Source: Lama guanicoe
Taxonomy: Eukaryota
Assembly: GCA_013239625.1 (NCBI GenBank)
Contig: MU053559.1
Coordinates: 372,001 to 436,000, forward strand
Length of the DNA: 64,000 nt
Direction of reading: 5' to 3'
Part shown: piece after piece, positions 1-12,471 of the stretch
Numbering within the stretch: the stretch's first letter is position 1
Layout of the letters: each line of letters opens with the position of its first letter
Made by a program: the position numbers and the translations under genes
The notes under the pieces: model-generated
Databases searched by the model: none
Seen by the model: the letters and a program-made list of their open reading frames with translations, nothing else
What the model was told of the DNA's origin: nothing

Positions 1-56
1 GGGGCAGCAGGCCCGGGGTTTGCCTTGCCGGGGGCTCTTGAGGGGCTGAGACTAAC

Positions 57-128
57 CTGGGCTGGTTGGTGCGGAGGGTTCAGCTGCTTTGGGGATGTGG
101 CGAGCTCAGTGTGATCCCAGGGGGTGTC
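57..128 (-). other. GATA1: GATA1 non-coding first (erythroid, IE) exon
   Basis: Minus strand reads GACACCCCCTGGGATCACACTGAGCTCGCCACATCCCCAAAGCAGCTGAACCCTCCGCACCAACCAGCCCAG|GTTAGT, closely matching the recalled human GATA1 5' UTR, with a GT donor at 56-55. Position downstream of GLOD5 on the same strand fits human synteny. The 5' end is approximate. Confidence 0.9.
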
Positions 129-280
129 CTGGCTGGCCTTGGCCTTTGAGGCTCCCTTCCTCCTTCCCTCCCTCCCTCCCTCCCCTCTCCCTCCTCCCTC
201 CTAGGGGCGGGCCCCCTGCTGATGGGGCACCTCTTGGGCAGTGGGGGCCCTCCTCCACCCCACCTGCCCACCCCGTGGAT
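129..280 (-). promoter_or_regulatory. GATA1: GATA1 proximal promoter with GC box and paired CACCC boxes
   Basis: GGGGCGGG at about 204-211 and two CACCC motifs (256-260, 269-273) immediately upstream of exon 1. Paired CACCC boxes are an established feature of the GATA1 IE promoter. Confidence 0.8.
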
Positions 281-399
281 TCTTGGACCCTGTTTAACTT
301 GAACTTCTGTGGACTTCAGTGTCCAGCCAAACAAAATGGGCTGAAACCAAGATAAAATGAAAATAGCAGATACGGTTTCATGACTCTGCTGGGCTTTTC

Positions 400-560
400 A
401 GTGAGTGTTTGTAAAGCTCCTACTGTGTGCTTAGCCAGGTATGAGTTAGGCCCTTATGTATGTGTCTTCCTGGCCACAGGGAGAGGAGGGATGTGACCGC
501 ACCCATTTTGCAGGTGAGAAGAATGAGGCTCAGAGAGGTTTGGTGGAAATTTGAACTAAG
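400..560 (-). mobile_element. MIR SINE fragment
   Basis: cccattttgcaggtgagaagaatgaggctcagagaggtt is the reverse-orientation MIR core. Confidence 0.7.
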
Positions 561-654
561 ATGTCCATGGGACATCTTCAGGACCCTGGCCCACCCCAGG
601 GGCCAGGCCAGGATTGGCGGGAGGCTGGGGCACATTCACTCAGTGCCCCGCTGG

Positions 655-710
655 GGCTTACGCCAGCTCCGGCCTGCCCTGGGGCAGCAGAAATGTCTTA
701 TCAGATGGAG
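655..710 (-). promoter_or_regulatory. GATA1: GATA1 upstream palindromic double-GATA element with adjacent CP2-type site
   Basis: Minus strand CTCCATCTGATAAGAC...CTGCTGCCCCAGGGCAGGCCGGAGCTGGCGTAAGCCCC. The CATCTGATAAG core (697-707) matches the recalled GATA1 double-GATA autoregulatory element, about 0.57 kb upstream of exon 1. Confidence 0.85.
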
Positions 711-879
711 GCCACTGTGGCTGTTGGCTCCGCGGTAACAGGCTGTCTTGGGGTGGGGGGCGGGGCTCGGGGGGGCACCCAGAGACAGCGGCCTCAACTT
801 CTTGCCTGCCATGCGGCTTTGGAGGCGGGAAACAGGTGGGACCTAGGGTTGGTTCCTCTGCGGCTCCTTGTGGAGTAGG

Positions 880-1250
880 ATAGGGTGGGGGAAGGGAAAG
901 AGAATTGAAGGGAGAGAGGAGAGAGGCAGAGAGAGACAGAGAGATGGGATAAATAGACATAGAGCTGGAAGAAGGCAGAAAGAGGGCACAGGAAGAAAGG
1001 AGAGACAGGGTGGGGGAGTGGGGAGAGACACACAGAGAGAGCCAGAGACAGTTCAGGACAGTTAGAAAGAGGCAGAGAGAGAACGGGAGACAGGTAGAGT
1101 TGGACAGAAGACGAAAGATAAAGATTGGAAATGATAGAGGCCAAGGATGCAGGACGCAGGCGGAGAAACTGAGAAGGGAGACAAAGATGACGTTGTAGAG
1201 CGGGGGACAGTGACAGAGATTCAGAGACAGAGAGTCTTGAGAGGACGTCC
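880..1250. repeat. GA-rich purine low-complexity tract
   Basis: Runs of GAGA/GAGACA, almost all purines on the + strand. Confidence 0.85.
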
Positions 1251-2189
1251 ATGAGACCCCAGGTGGCAGCTGGGCAGGACATCCAAGAGACCCTGGGCAG
1301 GTGGTACCAGGGTGGGGGGAAGGGAGAGGGTATGGATTGATGTGGACCCATGTGGCCTGTGGCTCTGCCTTCAGCCTGATGAGAGGGACCTCCAGAGAGT
1401 CACTGGGCCCCCGCACCTCAGTCCCCACCTTCTTGCCCTGTCCTACCTCCCTCTCCGAAATAACAACAACAACCAGTGTCTCATGCTGACACAGACCTGT
1501 GCCTGGCCTTTTCAGAGCACTTTCTTCATGTAAAATCATTGAACACACATGTATACAGTAGGTGTTCAACTTGGGTCCCTGTAGGACAGTAGGTAAGACA
1601 GCCCAATCATGGCCCCAGGACTCCATGGGATAGGGTGCTCTGCTGACCACCCATTCTATAGATGAGGAGACTGAGACCCACTGACGGCAGAGGGCGAGGA
1701 TTGAGGCCTGGATCAGTGGGATCTGCTCACTCACTGGCCCACCCCAGAGGGAGTTTACCATCCTCATCTTACCTCTCTGGGCCTCAATGTCCTCATATGC
1801 AAAATGGGAGATTTGAGAAGGGAAGAGAACAAGGCCATTTATTGAGCCCCTGCTGTATGTCCCACTCTGTGCCAAGCCCTCATCAGTAAGAAGGACAAAG
1901 ACTCCTATGACTCAAGTGGCGATGGTCTCAGGGCATCCTCTCTGGAGCCAGCACCCCCTCATTTATAGACCGCCCTCACCACTGACTGGCATGTGGCCTT
2001 GGGTGAGTTACTGTCCCCTCTGGAAAGATAGGGTAATAGTAGCAGGGTGATTAGGGTGACTAAATGAGATTTAATCCATTAAGTGATTTTAACACATTTG
2101 ATTCTGAAATCTCAAAAAATGCTAAGTATTCTTACTTATTTATTGAGTACCTACTGTATATGAAGGATGATATTTGGCCATTTTTTATT

Positions 2190-2480
2190 AGCACTACTAC
2201 TAATTCTAGTACTAGTGCTAATAATATGCTGACACCAATACCCATACTAGTTCTAATTACTAATACTAATATTAATTCAAATATTGATATTAACACTAAT
2301 GTTAATTTTAACATGATGGTAGTAATACTAATTCTAATTGAACACACATACTTTTATTAATACTAATATTAATTCTAGAACTAATAATTATTATTCTTTT
2401 AATTCTATCAGCAACACTAATGGTAATACTACTACTACTACTAATTCTGATACTAATACTTTCCCTAGCACTTAATATAA
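2190..2480. repeat. AT-rich degenerate (ACT/AAT)n low-complexity tract
   Basis: Repeated actaat/tactaa/aatatt units with very low GC. Confidence 0.85.
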
Positions 2481-2989
2481 TAGCAACAGCAGCAGCATTA
2501 TTTGCCCGGCCACCCCAGGCACCGTGCTAGTGCTCTCCCTACATAATTTTATCCTTTTCTCGCCTGGGTGGTGTAAGTGCATATAATTGCCCCCATCTTC
2601 TAGACTTAAGAGTAGGCGCAGAGAAATGAAGATGTTCGTCTGAGGCCCTGGGTTCTTGTCTCAGCTCTGACTGGTTTGCTGCGTGATTCTTGGGCAGGAC
2701 ACCCTCTGAGCCTCAGTTTCTTTGCCTGGAAAATGGGTACAATCATGGAACCCACGTCCAGCGTTGTTGAGAGGCCACTCATCACAGGGCCTGCCTGGCA
2801 CACCGTAGATGGTGAGCTCCGTAATGGTAACTCTTTCATTGCTATTATTACTAGCAATAGCTGTTGCAGTGTCGCGGGTGAGGTAGGGAAATCTGCCCTC
2901 CTTGGGAAGGGCAGGCTGGAGGCCTGTCTCAGACCAGGGTTTGGCTGCTGGGCTCACAGTCCATTTCTTCATAACTGGAGCGGAGAAAG

Positions 2990-3240
2990 GGCTCAGGAAG
3001 GGAAATAAACGGTGCACAGTGGGGGCCTCAGGGCTCTGCCTCCATCAAGAACCAAAACCCTGCGGCTCTGAGCCCAGGCCTCACCCCATTCCCTCCCCCA
3101 TCCCCGTGGAGGGGGCACAGGCCCAGAAGTCTGTGGTGACAGCTCAGCCAGCAGGGAGCCAGCTGGGAGTGGGCAGATAAGACTCAGTCCCAATGGCCTC
3201 TCTTCCCGGAAGCCTTCCCTGACTGATTCCCTCCCTCCTA
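2990..3240 (-). promoter_or_regulatory. GATA1: GATA1 haematopoietic enhancer (G1HE / HS1 / HS-3.5 orthologue)
   Basis: CAGCTG (3160-3165) followed after 9 bp by AGATAA (3175-3180), the classic TAL1/E2A-LMO2-LDB1-GATA composite, about 3.05 kb upstream of exon 1. Nearby: CACCC (~3082), TGTGGT (3132-3137) and CCGGAAG (~3206). Confidence 0.85.
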
Positions 3241-5563
3241 GCATCTCCTGGGCTCCAGAACTTGGTCCAAACCCGTGACATTTGGACTGTTTTGCCTCTC
3301 GCAGACTGTGAAGTCCACCAGGGGTAGGACAGAGCCCGGCTCCCCTCTCTGTCAATAGCACCCAGAGAAACATCAACCTAAGTCTGCTAAGGAGTCAAAC
3401 GTTTGCCTTAGAACCAAACCACTGTGGTTTTTAAGAGAAAAAGCATTCACCTTTGTTAAATGTTAATATTTTGTCCTATTTACTTCAGATCCTTTTTAAA
3501 AGAAATATGATATTACAGATATGGTTGAAGTCCTTGCACCAATTTCATTTCCCTCTCTCCTTCCACTGCCTTAAGTTTGGTGTTTATCTTCATCGTAAAT
3601 ATTTTTATTCCATCACTGCATATATATGTATGCATATATAAGAAATGATACTGGGGGTTTGGGGCCTGTTTTTGAACTTCATATAAATGGAATCACACAG
3701 TATGTGCTTCTTTTTGCTCAGCATGTCTGTGACATTCATCATTTTTTAAATTGAGATGTAATTTACATACCACAAAATTCACCCTTTTAAAGTGTACATG
3801 TCAGTGGTTAGAACCTTCACAAGATTGTGCAGCTATCATCACTAATTCCAGAACATTTTCATCACCCCAAAAAGAAGCCCTGTGCCCATTAGCAGTCACT
3901 CCCCTTTCCATTTCCCCCTCCTCCCAGACCCTAGCAACTCATCTACTTTCTGTCTCTGTGGGTTTGCCTGTTCTAGACACTTCGTATAAACAGAATCATA
4001 CAATATGTGGCCTTTTGTGACTGGCTTCTTTTACTTAACATAAAATTTTCACGGTTCATTCATGTTGTAGCATGGATCAGTACTTCATTCCTTTCTAGGG
4101 CTGAATAACATTCCATTATATGAAAATTCTACATTGTGCTATCCATCTGATTAACAGTGTTGGCTCTCATGAATAATGCTGCTATGAACGAACATTCATG
4201 TAAACGATTTTACGTGGACATATGTTTTCAGTTCTCTTGGATGTATATCTAGGAATAGAATTGCAGGGTCCTATGGTAATTATGTTTAGCCTTTTGGGGA
4301 ACTGCAAAAGTGTCCTCCATAGCAGCTGTATGAAGTTTCCGATTTATCCACATCCTCTCCAACACTTGTTATTGTCCTTCTTTTTGAGTCTAGCCATCCT
4401 AGTAGGTGTGATACGGTACCTCATTGTGCTTTTGATTTGTACTTCCCTAATGACTTACAGTGTTGAATGTCTTCCCAAGTTTTTGTTGGCAATTTGTATG
4501 TCTTCTTTAGAGAAATATCTATTCAATCCTTTGCCCACTTTTATTGGATTATTTGCCTTTTATTTTTGAGTAGTAAGAATTCTTCATATATTCTGGATGC
4601 TAGACCCTTATCGGATATGTGATTTGCAAATATTTTCTCCTATTTGTGGGTTATCTTTTCACTTTCTTGAGTGTCCTTTGGAGCCCAAAAGCTTCTAACT
4701 TTGATGAAGTCCAGTTAATCTATTTTCCCTTTGGTTGCTGGGCTTTAGGTGTCATATCTAGGAAACCATTGCTTAATCTAAGGTCATGAAGATTTATGGC
4801 TAAGTTTTCTTCTAAAAGTTTCACAGTTTGAGTGCTTACATTTAGGCCTTTGATTCATTTTGTGTTACTTTTTGTATATGGTGTCAAGTAGGGGTCCAGT
4901 TTAATTCTTTTGCATGTGTATATCCAGCTGTCCCAGCACCATTTATTGAAAAGACTATCCCTCCCCCTATTGAATTATCTTGGCAAACTTGTCAAAAATC
5001 AATTGCCCATAACATATGAGTTTATTTCTGGACTCTCAATTCTATTCCATTGATCTATATATCTGTTTTTATGCCAGTACCACACAGCCCTGATTTCCGT
5101 AGTTATGTAGTAAGTTTTTTAATTGGGAAGTGTAAGTCCTCCAACTCTGTGTTTCTTTTTCAATATTATATCTATCCTGGGTCCCCAGTATTTCCACTTG
5201 AATTTTAGAGTCAGTTTGTCAATTTCTGCAAAGAAGTAAGCTGAGATTCTGATAGGGATTGCACTAAATTTGTAGATCAACTTGGGGAAAATTGCCATCT
5301 TAACACTATAAAGTCCTCAGTTGATGAACATGTGATGTATTTTAATTTATTTAGGTATTCTTTAATTTCTTTCAATAATGTTTTATAGTTTTCAGTGAAC
5401 AAGTCTTGCCTATCTTTTGTTAAATTTATTACCAAGTATTTTTTTCTGATGCTATTGTGAATGGAATTGTTTTCTTAATTTCATTTGTGGACTGTTCTTT
5501 GCTAGTGTATAGAAATATGATTAAGTTTTCTATGATCTTGTATCTTGCAACCTTGCTGAGCTT

Positions 5564-5566
<3 letters not shown>

Positions 5567-5609
<43 letters not shown>
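5567..5609. repeat. (CA)n microsatellite
   Basis: About 21 perfect CA units. Confidence 0.98.
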
Positions 5610-5611
<2 letters not shown>

Positions 5612-6028
5612 TGGCTTTGCTGTGTGCCCCTTAAGATTTTCTGTGTACAATCTGCAAATGGAGATAGTTTTACTTCTTCCTCTCCAATATGGATGCCTTT
5701 TATTTCTTTTTATCGCCTAATTGCCCTGGCTAGAACCTCCAGTACGATGTTGAGTTGAAGTGGTGAGAGGGTACATCCTTGTCTTGTTCCTGATCTTCAG
5801 GAGAAAGTTTTCAGTCTTTCATCATTAAATATGAAGTTAACTGCAGATTTTTTGTAGATGTCCTTTATCAGGTTGAGGAAATCCTCTTCTATTCCTGGTT
5901 TGTTGAGTGTTTTTATCATGAAATGGTGTTGAATTTTGTCAGATGCTTTTTCTGCATCTATTAAGAAGATCATGTGGATTTTGTCCTTTATTCTATTAAT
6001 ATGGTGTATTACACTGATTGATTTTTTG

Positions 6029-6139
6029 TGGGGAGGGTATTAGATCTATTTATTTATTTTTAGAGGAGGTACCGGGAATTGAACCCAGGACCTCATGCAT
6101 GCTAAGCATATGCTCTACCACTTGAGCTATACCCTCCCC
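6029..6139 (-). mobile_element. tRNA-Ala-derived camelid SINE (Vic-1 type) inserted in L1
   Basis: Minus strand GGGGAGGGTATAGCTCAAGTGGTAGAGCATATGCTTAGCATGCATGAGGTCCTGGGTTCAATTCCC with AAAT tail. Imperfect TSD (ca.tga.tgattttt) on both sides. Confidence 0.88.
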
Positions 6140-7089
6140 AACATTGACTGATTTTTGTCTGTTGAATCAATCTTGCATTCCTGGGATACATCCCACTTGG
6201 TCATGGTGTATAATTCTTTTATATGTTACTGAATTCTGTTTACTAGTATTTCATTTACGTCTATATTCATAAGAGATATTGGTCTGTAGTTTCTTTCCTT
6301 GTCATGTCTTTGTCTGATTTTGGTATCAGGTAATGATGGCCTCATAAGTTCATTCCCTTTTATTGCCGAGTAGTATTCCATGGAGTGGACAACCATAGTT
6401 TGGTTAACCATTCATCTGCTGATGGACATTTGGGTTGTTTCCAATCTTTTCCCTGTTGTAGCAAACCTTCTACTTATAAACTCATATGCCTCTCTCTGTA
6501 CACACACGTATGAAAGAGTTTTTCCCGGAGTGGGGGTATCAGTCTATCTATTCATCTATCCATCTACACACCCATCTATCCATCCATTGGCCCACCTCCC
6601 CATTCATTCATTCACCTATTTGCTGCCCTTCTTTCCTCCCTTCCATTCCTTCCTTTGCTCCTTCCTTCCTTCCTTCCATAGATCATCTATCTCTAGGCAT
6701 ATAACATCTGGGTCTAAGGCAAGCTGTTTTATTTTTAATAGGCAGGAAACCTGCTACAGCTTTTGACAAAGCCTTTCGTGTGCTGAAACTCACATCCTTA
6801 CACATCCTCTATTCCCAGCATTTTGGGGGCGCCCTGGGAGTTTACTCATAGGGCATCGCTGAACTACCACCTGGAGACTGCTGGGACACCGGAGTCCCCA
6901 AGACTAGGGGCTCCCTCACCTCCAAGAGACTCTTCTACGTGCTCCTCCATCCATCTCTTACTTGCTCGGGGAAGCCGCGCGATTCCCTCTCCTCTTTGCC
7001 TGCCTCATTTGCTGGTTCCTCCTCTGTTTCAGAACTCTAAATGTCCTTGGGCCTCTTCTCTAGTTGATGTTTTCTATCTTGGTGAACTC

Positions 7090-7897
7090 ATCCAGTCTGT
7101 CTTCAAAGTATCTCTAGAATCTAACGACTTTTTATCACCCCCCCCCACTGCCAGCACTGGCATCGCTCGCCTGGACCACTGCTGTAGCCTCCTCCTCCGG
7201 GTCCCCCAGCTTCCACCCTCAACCCCGCTGTCTATTTTCCTCCCAGTAGCCAAAAGGAACTGGTTAAATCCTAAGTCAGATCGCAGCCCTTCTCTGCTCA
7301 TGACCATCTGGCAGCTCCCGTCACTCAGAGTAAAGGCCAGAGTCCTCTCCATGGCCCACAGGGCCCTACACAGTCTGTCCCCCACCACCTCTCTGACCTC
7401 ACCTCCTGCTGCTCCCCCACCACTCACTCTGCTCTGCTGCACTGGCCTTCTCACTATTCTTCACATACACACACACCAGGCCCCTTCGTGCTTCAGGGCC
7501 TTGGCACTGGCTGTTCTCACTGCTTGGTATGCTCTTTCTCCAGCTATCTTGGCGGCTCCCTCCCTCATCTCTTTGGGTCTGTGCACAAATGTCTCCTTCT
7601 CAGTGAGGTTTCCCCTGCCCATCCCATTACCCATTGGAAAATTGCCCCAGCGATTTTTATCTGTTTGGCGACCTTTCCATATTTTCTTTTTCTCCAAAGC
7701 ACTTATCATCCTCTAACACACTTGATGTTTTCTTTGCTTAATTTTATTTCTTTTCTGTCTCCCACTAGAATGGCAGCTCCACCAACATAGATATGCTTAT
7801 CTCTCCTGTTCAACACTGTCTCTCCAATGCCTGGAACAGGGCCAAGCACGCAGTAGGTGCTCAGTATACATTTATTGGGTAACTGAATGAGTGAATG
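7090..7897 (+). mobile_element. L2 LINE 3' portion
   Basis: Ends with the L2 3' signature cagtaggtgctcagtatacatttattgggtaactgaatgagtgaatg. Body has L2-like text (gcactggctgttctcactgc; tcagtgaggtttcccctg). Confidence 0.8.
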
Positions 7898-8389
7898 GTG
7901 GAGGGAGGGGACAGAAACAGAGGAAATTTGTCCTTGTCCCGCCTACTCTGTCAGGAGCTGAGCCTCAGTTGAGATGAGTCTGAACCTGCCAGATCCAAAG
8001 ATGGAAAATGCCACATTCCCTGGGGGTGAGACCAGCTAAGGCATTCCAGGAAAAAGGTAGCATAATCTGGGCTGGTCCTTGAAGACCCTGTGGGAATCAT
8101 AGAGACCTTGGGGTTCAGTCAAGCCTATGGGGTAGAGGAAACGGCAGGCAGCACTTGGAAGAAGTGAGGTGAAAGATAAAGGGCGAAAAAGGATAGGCTC
8201 ACCAACGAGGAGATATCTGTCAAGGGCCTGGAATCCCAAGGGGATGACCCTGGATTTGGTCCTCAGAGATGTCATACCCTGGTCACTGACCCCTCAAATA
8301 GCTCAGAGACCTCACATCCTCGATGAACACCCATACAGAATGCTGAGACAATAAAAATGAAGAGCTTACATTAATTGAAAGGTTATCAA

Positions 8390-8395
8390 TTTACT
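8390..8395 (-). terminator. GLOD5: Candidate GLOD5 polyadenylation signal (AGTAAA variant)
   Basis: AGTAAA about 170 nt after the stop codon, followed by a U-rich tract. The nearest canonical AATAAA I saw is much further away (7871-7876). Confidence 0.35.
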
Positions 8396-8566
8396 GGATG
8401 GAGGACATTCAGACTTGTTGGTCCCAAATCCACCTCAGATCCCCCAGCAGGATGTGTGAAGTGCCCAAGTCCTCAGTCCTTGAAGGCTGGGCCTGGGTGA
8501 GGGTTTGCAGGAAGGAAGGGAGAGGGCGACATCACAGGGGACAGAGTGGAGGACAGCCAGCCTCCG

Positions 8567-8800
<234 letters not shown>

Positions 8801-9666
8801 CTACCATTCTTCCCTCCCTCATTCTGCTCCAGCAACTTACCAGCTGTATGACCTCAAGCAGAGTACCTAACTGTTCTGTACCTCAGTTTCCTCATCTGTC
8901 AAATGGGGATGATAACGTGCCTAGTATTATCTAGTAAGTGGCAGAGTCAGAACTGGAACCTAGGCGGTCTGGGACAGAGAAAGTCCATACACTTAACCCC
9001 ACTTTATTTTCAAACCAGACTTTTTCACTGATATTTTCCAAAGAAGGAGTCCAGGTCAGTTTACCCAAAATATATTTAATACTTCAATCTGTGTTCCCCA
9101 AAAGGAGTACCAATGACCCTTTCACATGAAATCATTTTAAGTGTTACGGGGACACTAAAGTAAATAACAGCAAGTCAGAAATTATTCCCTCTTCAATCCT
9201 CTTTCAGTCCTTATGATACCAAGAAGAAAGTCTCTGGTGGATACTAAGTCCTTGGTACCTCCTTAACCACTTGCCAGGTCTTTTGGAATATCAGGCCCAG
9301 AGAGTGTGGGTAACAGAAGTGGCTAGAATCTAATGACATTGTGATGCTTTTATAGCTGTTTGTTTTTACAATTACCTCCCCTTTATACCAAGATATAGTG
9401 GGTTTTCATTTACTTGGTTGAACATTTTCTTTTTACATAAATACATTTTAAGTATGTGTTTATGTAAAAAGAATTTAGATATGATTTTTTCACAAGGGTG
9501 ATGGAGAGTTTTCTTGTAAAATACATTTGTTTACAGGAAAAAAACATGTCAGTAAAAATGATGAGTAAACAATTGTGTCCAGGCCTTATCTGGATGTGAT
9601 GAAACCTGTTACATCTGAAGTTTGAGTCAGGCTTCTGTTTTCACTGCATCTGCAGCAGCTTTCTCA

Positions 9667-9846
<180 letters not shown>

Positions 9847-11621
9847 CTATTTAGGGAGAGAAAACAACCTAGAACTAAACCTCTTAAGATGAGTGTGAGG
9901 CAAAGCACCCCCCACACCTACCCCAACAAGATTAAAAAAAAATGATAGAACAAGGCTTTGAAGAAAAACAACAGCCTGTTGACCCACCCTAGTCTCATTC
10001 CTTAGAGGCAGCTGCTTTCAACGTGTGTATGTGTTTCTTCTGGAAATTATTTCCATACCTCCAAACAATATGTTTATATGACCCATGGCAGAAACAGCCA
10101 TTTGTCTACTTAATATGCATTTCTCCCCTTTACTTTTAAACACAACCCAAATTTCAGTGGGGTCTGTTGTGTGCCCAGCTTTCAAAGCATGCATCTCCCA
10201 GCATTCCTTGCTGGGAGGCCGCCTAAGATGGACTGGACAGTGGGGTGTCAGCAGAGGTTGTGAGTAGTACTTCTGGGAACCTCCCCACCCCACCGAGCTG
10301 GCGCTTTTTGCCCACTTACTTCCTCCTTCTTCCAGCCACTGCCCGAGTCCTGACTGCCTATCTCTGGACTGGTTGTTAAATGAAAGAAAAAGAAACCCAC
10401 TGGTAGTTGAGTTTTTTCCCCACATGCCTCCAAACAGTTCCTAACTGATACGCCACTCTTTCTTGACTGGGCAACTTTAGACATTTTCTATCCTTTCCCT
10501 GCTATGATAAATGAGAATTGAGCTCATCCACATTACTACCCCTCCCAATAGAATTCTGTCATCATTTTTAGTTCCTCTTTTGGCTCCTTTAGAACTTTTC
10601 AATAACCCGCTTGCGTCTTTACATTTTGATGGATGGCCATAGCGTCTCCTTGGCCCAACTCTCTTCTTCATCCCGCCTCCCTCTCCTGTACCTCTCAACT
10701 TCTGCCATTTCTTTTACCATTTTCATGTTCCTTTTATATCACCATGACTGATACCACATCCATTCCATCAGAAAATGACTTTATTTCACTTGAACAGTAG
10801 TTCAGCTGAGTACAGAATTTGAGGTTATAGGTTATTTTCCCACAGCCTTATAAGTATGTTGCTTCGTTGTCTTCCTGAATCTGGTGTTGCTGATAAAAAG
10901 TCTGATGTTACCCTGTTTTTCAGTCTTTTATAGATGATACATCCACCCTCCACTCCTGAAGCTTTTAGGACCTTGTACTGGAATTTCGCTGCCATATGTC
11001 CAAGTACAGGAAGCCGAGGCTACACGTGCCTCATTATCATCATTGACCCATGCAAAGCCCCTGTCTAGTTTTATTCGTGTATTTATTCTTTTTATCCCCA
11101 TTCTTCATTCCTGTCCCCACCCTAGGCAACTATTATAATGTGTTGGATGGTCATCCTTTGGTCTTCATAAGCTATTGTAAAAAGTATATAATTGTTTCAT
11201 GTGTGTATGTTCTAAATGGTACCTTGCTGTCGACCTGACTAGACGCCTTCATTTTTCACTCAGCGTGATCTTTTTAAGACCTGTCCATCTTGCTGTGTAT
11301 ACATCCAGTCTGATGTCACATAGTTCTATTTTTATGCATAGTGTTCTATGTTAGTTTTAAAAATCTTACCCTGTTTGCCATTCCATGGGCCCTTTCAATT
11401 TAAGACATCTTCAGTGTCTCTGCATCTCTCACTTTTGAATTTGTTCTGAATTCTGAAGGCTAGTATTCAGACTCTGGAAACTTCCTTTTTATCTTGAATC
11501 TCTTTTTCTTGGGACCTTTCCTTCTCCTGATCCAAACTGGACTGATTGTTTTCTAGATATCTTTCTGGATCTTCCTCTTGGGATCCACTGTGTCCTGACT
11601 TTCATTGTCTTTCTTATTCCT

Positions 11622-11683
11622 TTTTTAAAAATTTATTTTGTTTATTTTGGGGGGGTAATTAGGTTTAGTTATTTATTTATGTT
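11622..11683 (-). mobile_element. 5'-truncated Vic-1-type SINE (tail only) with TSD
   Basis: gggggggtaattaggttta tail, as in full copies, flanked by the direct repeat ttgtctttcttattcct (11605-11621 and 11684-11700). Confidence 0.75.
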
Positions 11684-12297
11684 TTGTCTTTCTTATTCCT
11701 GGATTAATCACTTATTTTGATGTAGTGTATTCTTAAGTAATTTTCAAAGCAAGTGGGCAAAGTTTCTGGGTCTTCTTATGTCTAAGAGTGTTTTATTCTA
11801 CATTCACATTGATTAATAGTTTGGCCATAGAATGTCTAGGTTGAAATGTTTTCCCTCAGAATCTCGAAGTATTTCTTCTATTGTCTTCTGATCTCTGATT
11901 CTTGGCAAATCTGATCTCTGCATATTTCCTTTCTCTTTGTAGTTGAATTGCTTTTCCTTTTAACCTTTCTGAAAGCTCCTAGAAGCTTTGTTTTGATTTT
12001 AATGTTCTGTAATTTCATAAGAACATAGATCTAAGTGTCAATGTACTGGATACTCAGTTAACCCTTTCCTTATAAAGACTGGAAAGTTCTCTTGCGTTAT
12101 TCTGTGGTAGTTTCTTACCTTCCTTTCGCCCCATTCTCTCTCTGTAAAGGCCACTATTTGGAGTTTGGATCTCCTCCATTGAACATTTACATTTTTCTCA
12201 CAGATCTTATGTGTGTGTGTGTGTGTTTGTGTGTGTGGCTTTTTTTGTGGTGGGGGGGGGTTTCAGTTATTTTTTTAAAGTAATATTATCAAGTTTA

Positions 12298-12471
<174 letters not shown>

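Larger units (their letters stand above)
3740..6460 (-). mobile_element. Old L1 LINE fragments (3' UTR and ORF2 3' part), antisense
   Basis: Typical L1M antisense text (tcccagcaccatttattgaaaagac; ttgccctggctagaacctccagtac). Minus ORFs give degenerate ORF2 peptides ([20 protein letters not shown]). Confidence 0.9.

Noticed and set aside
658..1875. 405-aa minus-strand ORF upstream of GATA1
   Set aside because: It runs through the CT-rich low-complexity tract and MIR pieces, which lack stop codons by composition. The S/L/P-rich product has no domain and overlaps known promoter elements.
2064..2360. N/I/T-rich ORFs on both strands
   Set aside because: They are translations of the AT-rich simple repeat.
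6823..7716. 297-aa plus-strand ORF
   Set aside because: TTG start, lies within an L2 remnant, pyrimidine-rich, with no recognisable protein features.
7900..8560. Possible GATA1 distal (testis-type IT) exon about 8 kb upstream of exon IE, by analogy with mouse
   Set aside because: No recognisable sequence match; the region is explained by the GLOD5 3' UTR and its downstream flank.
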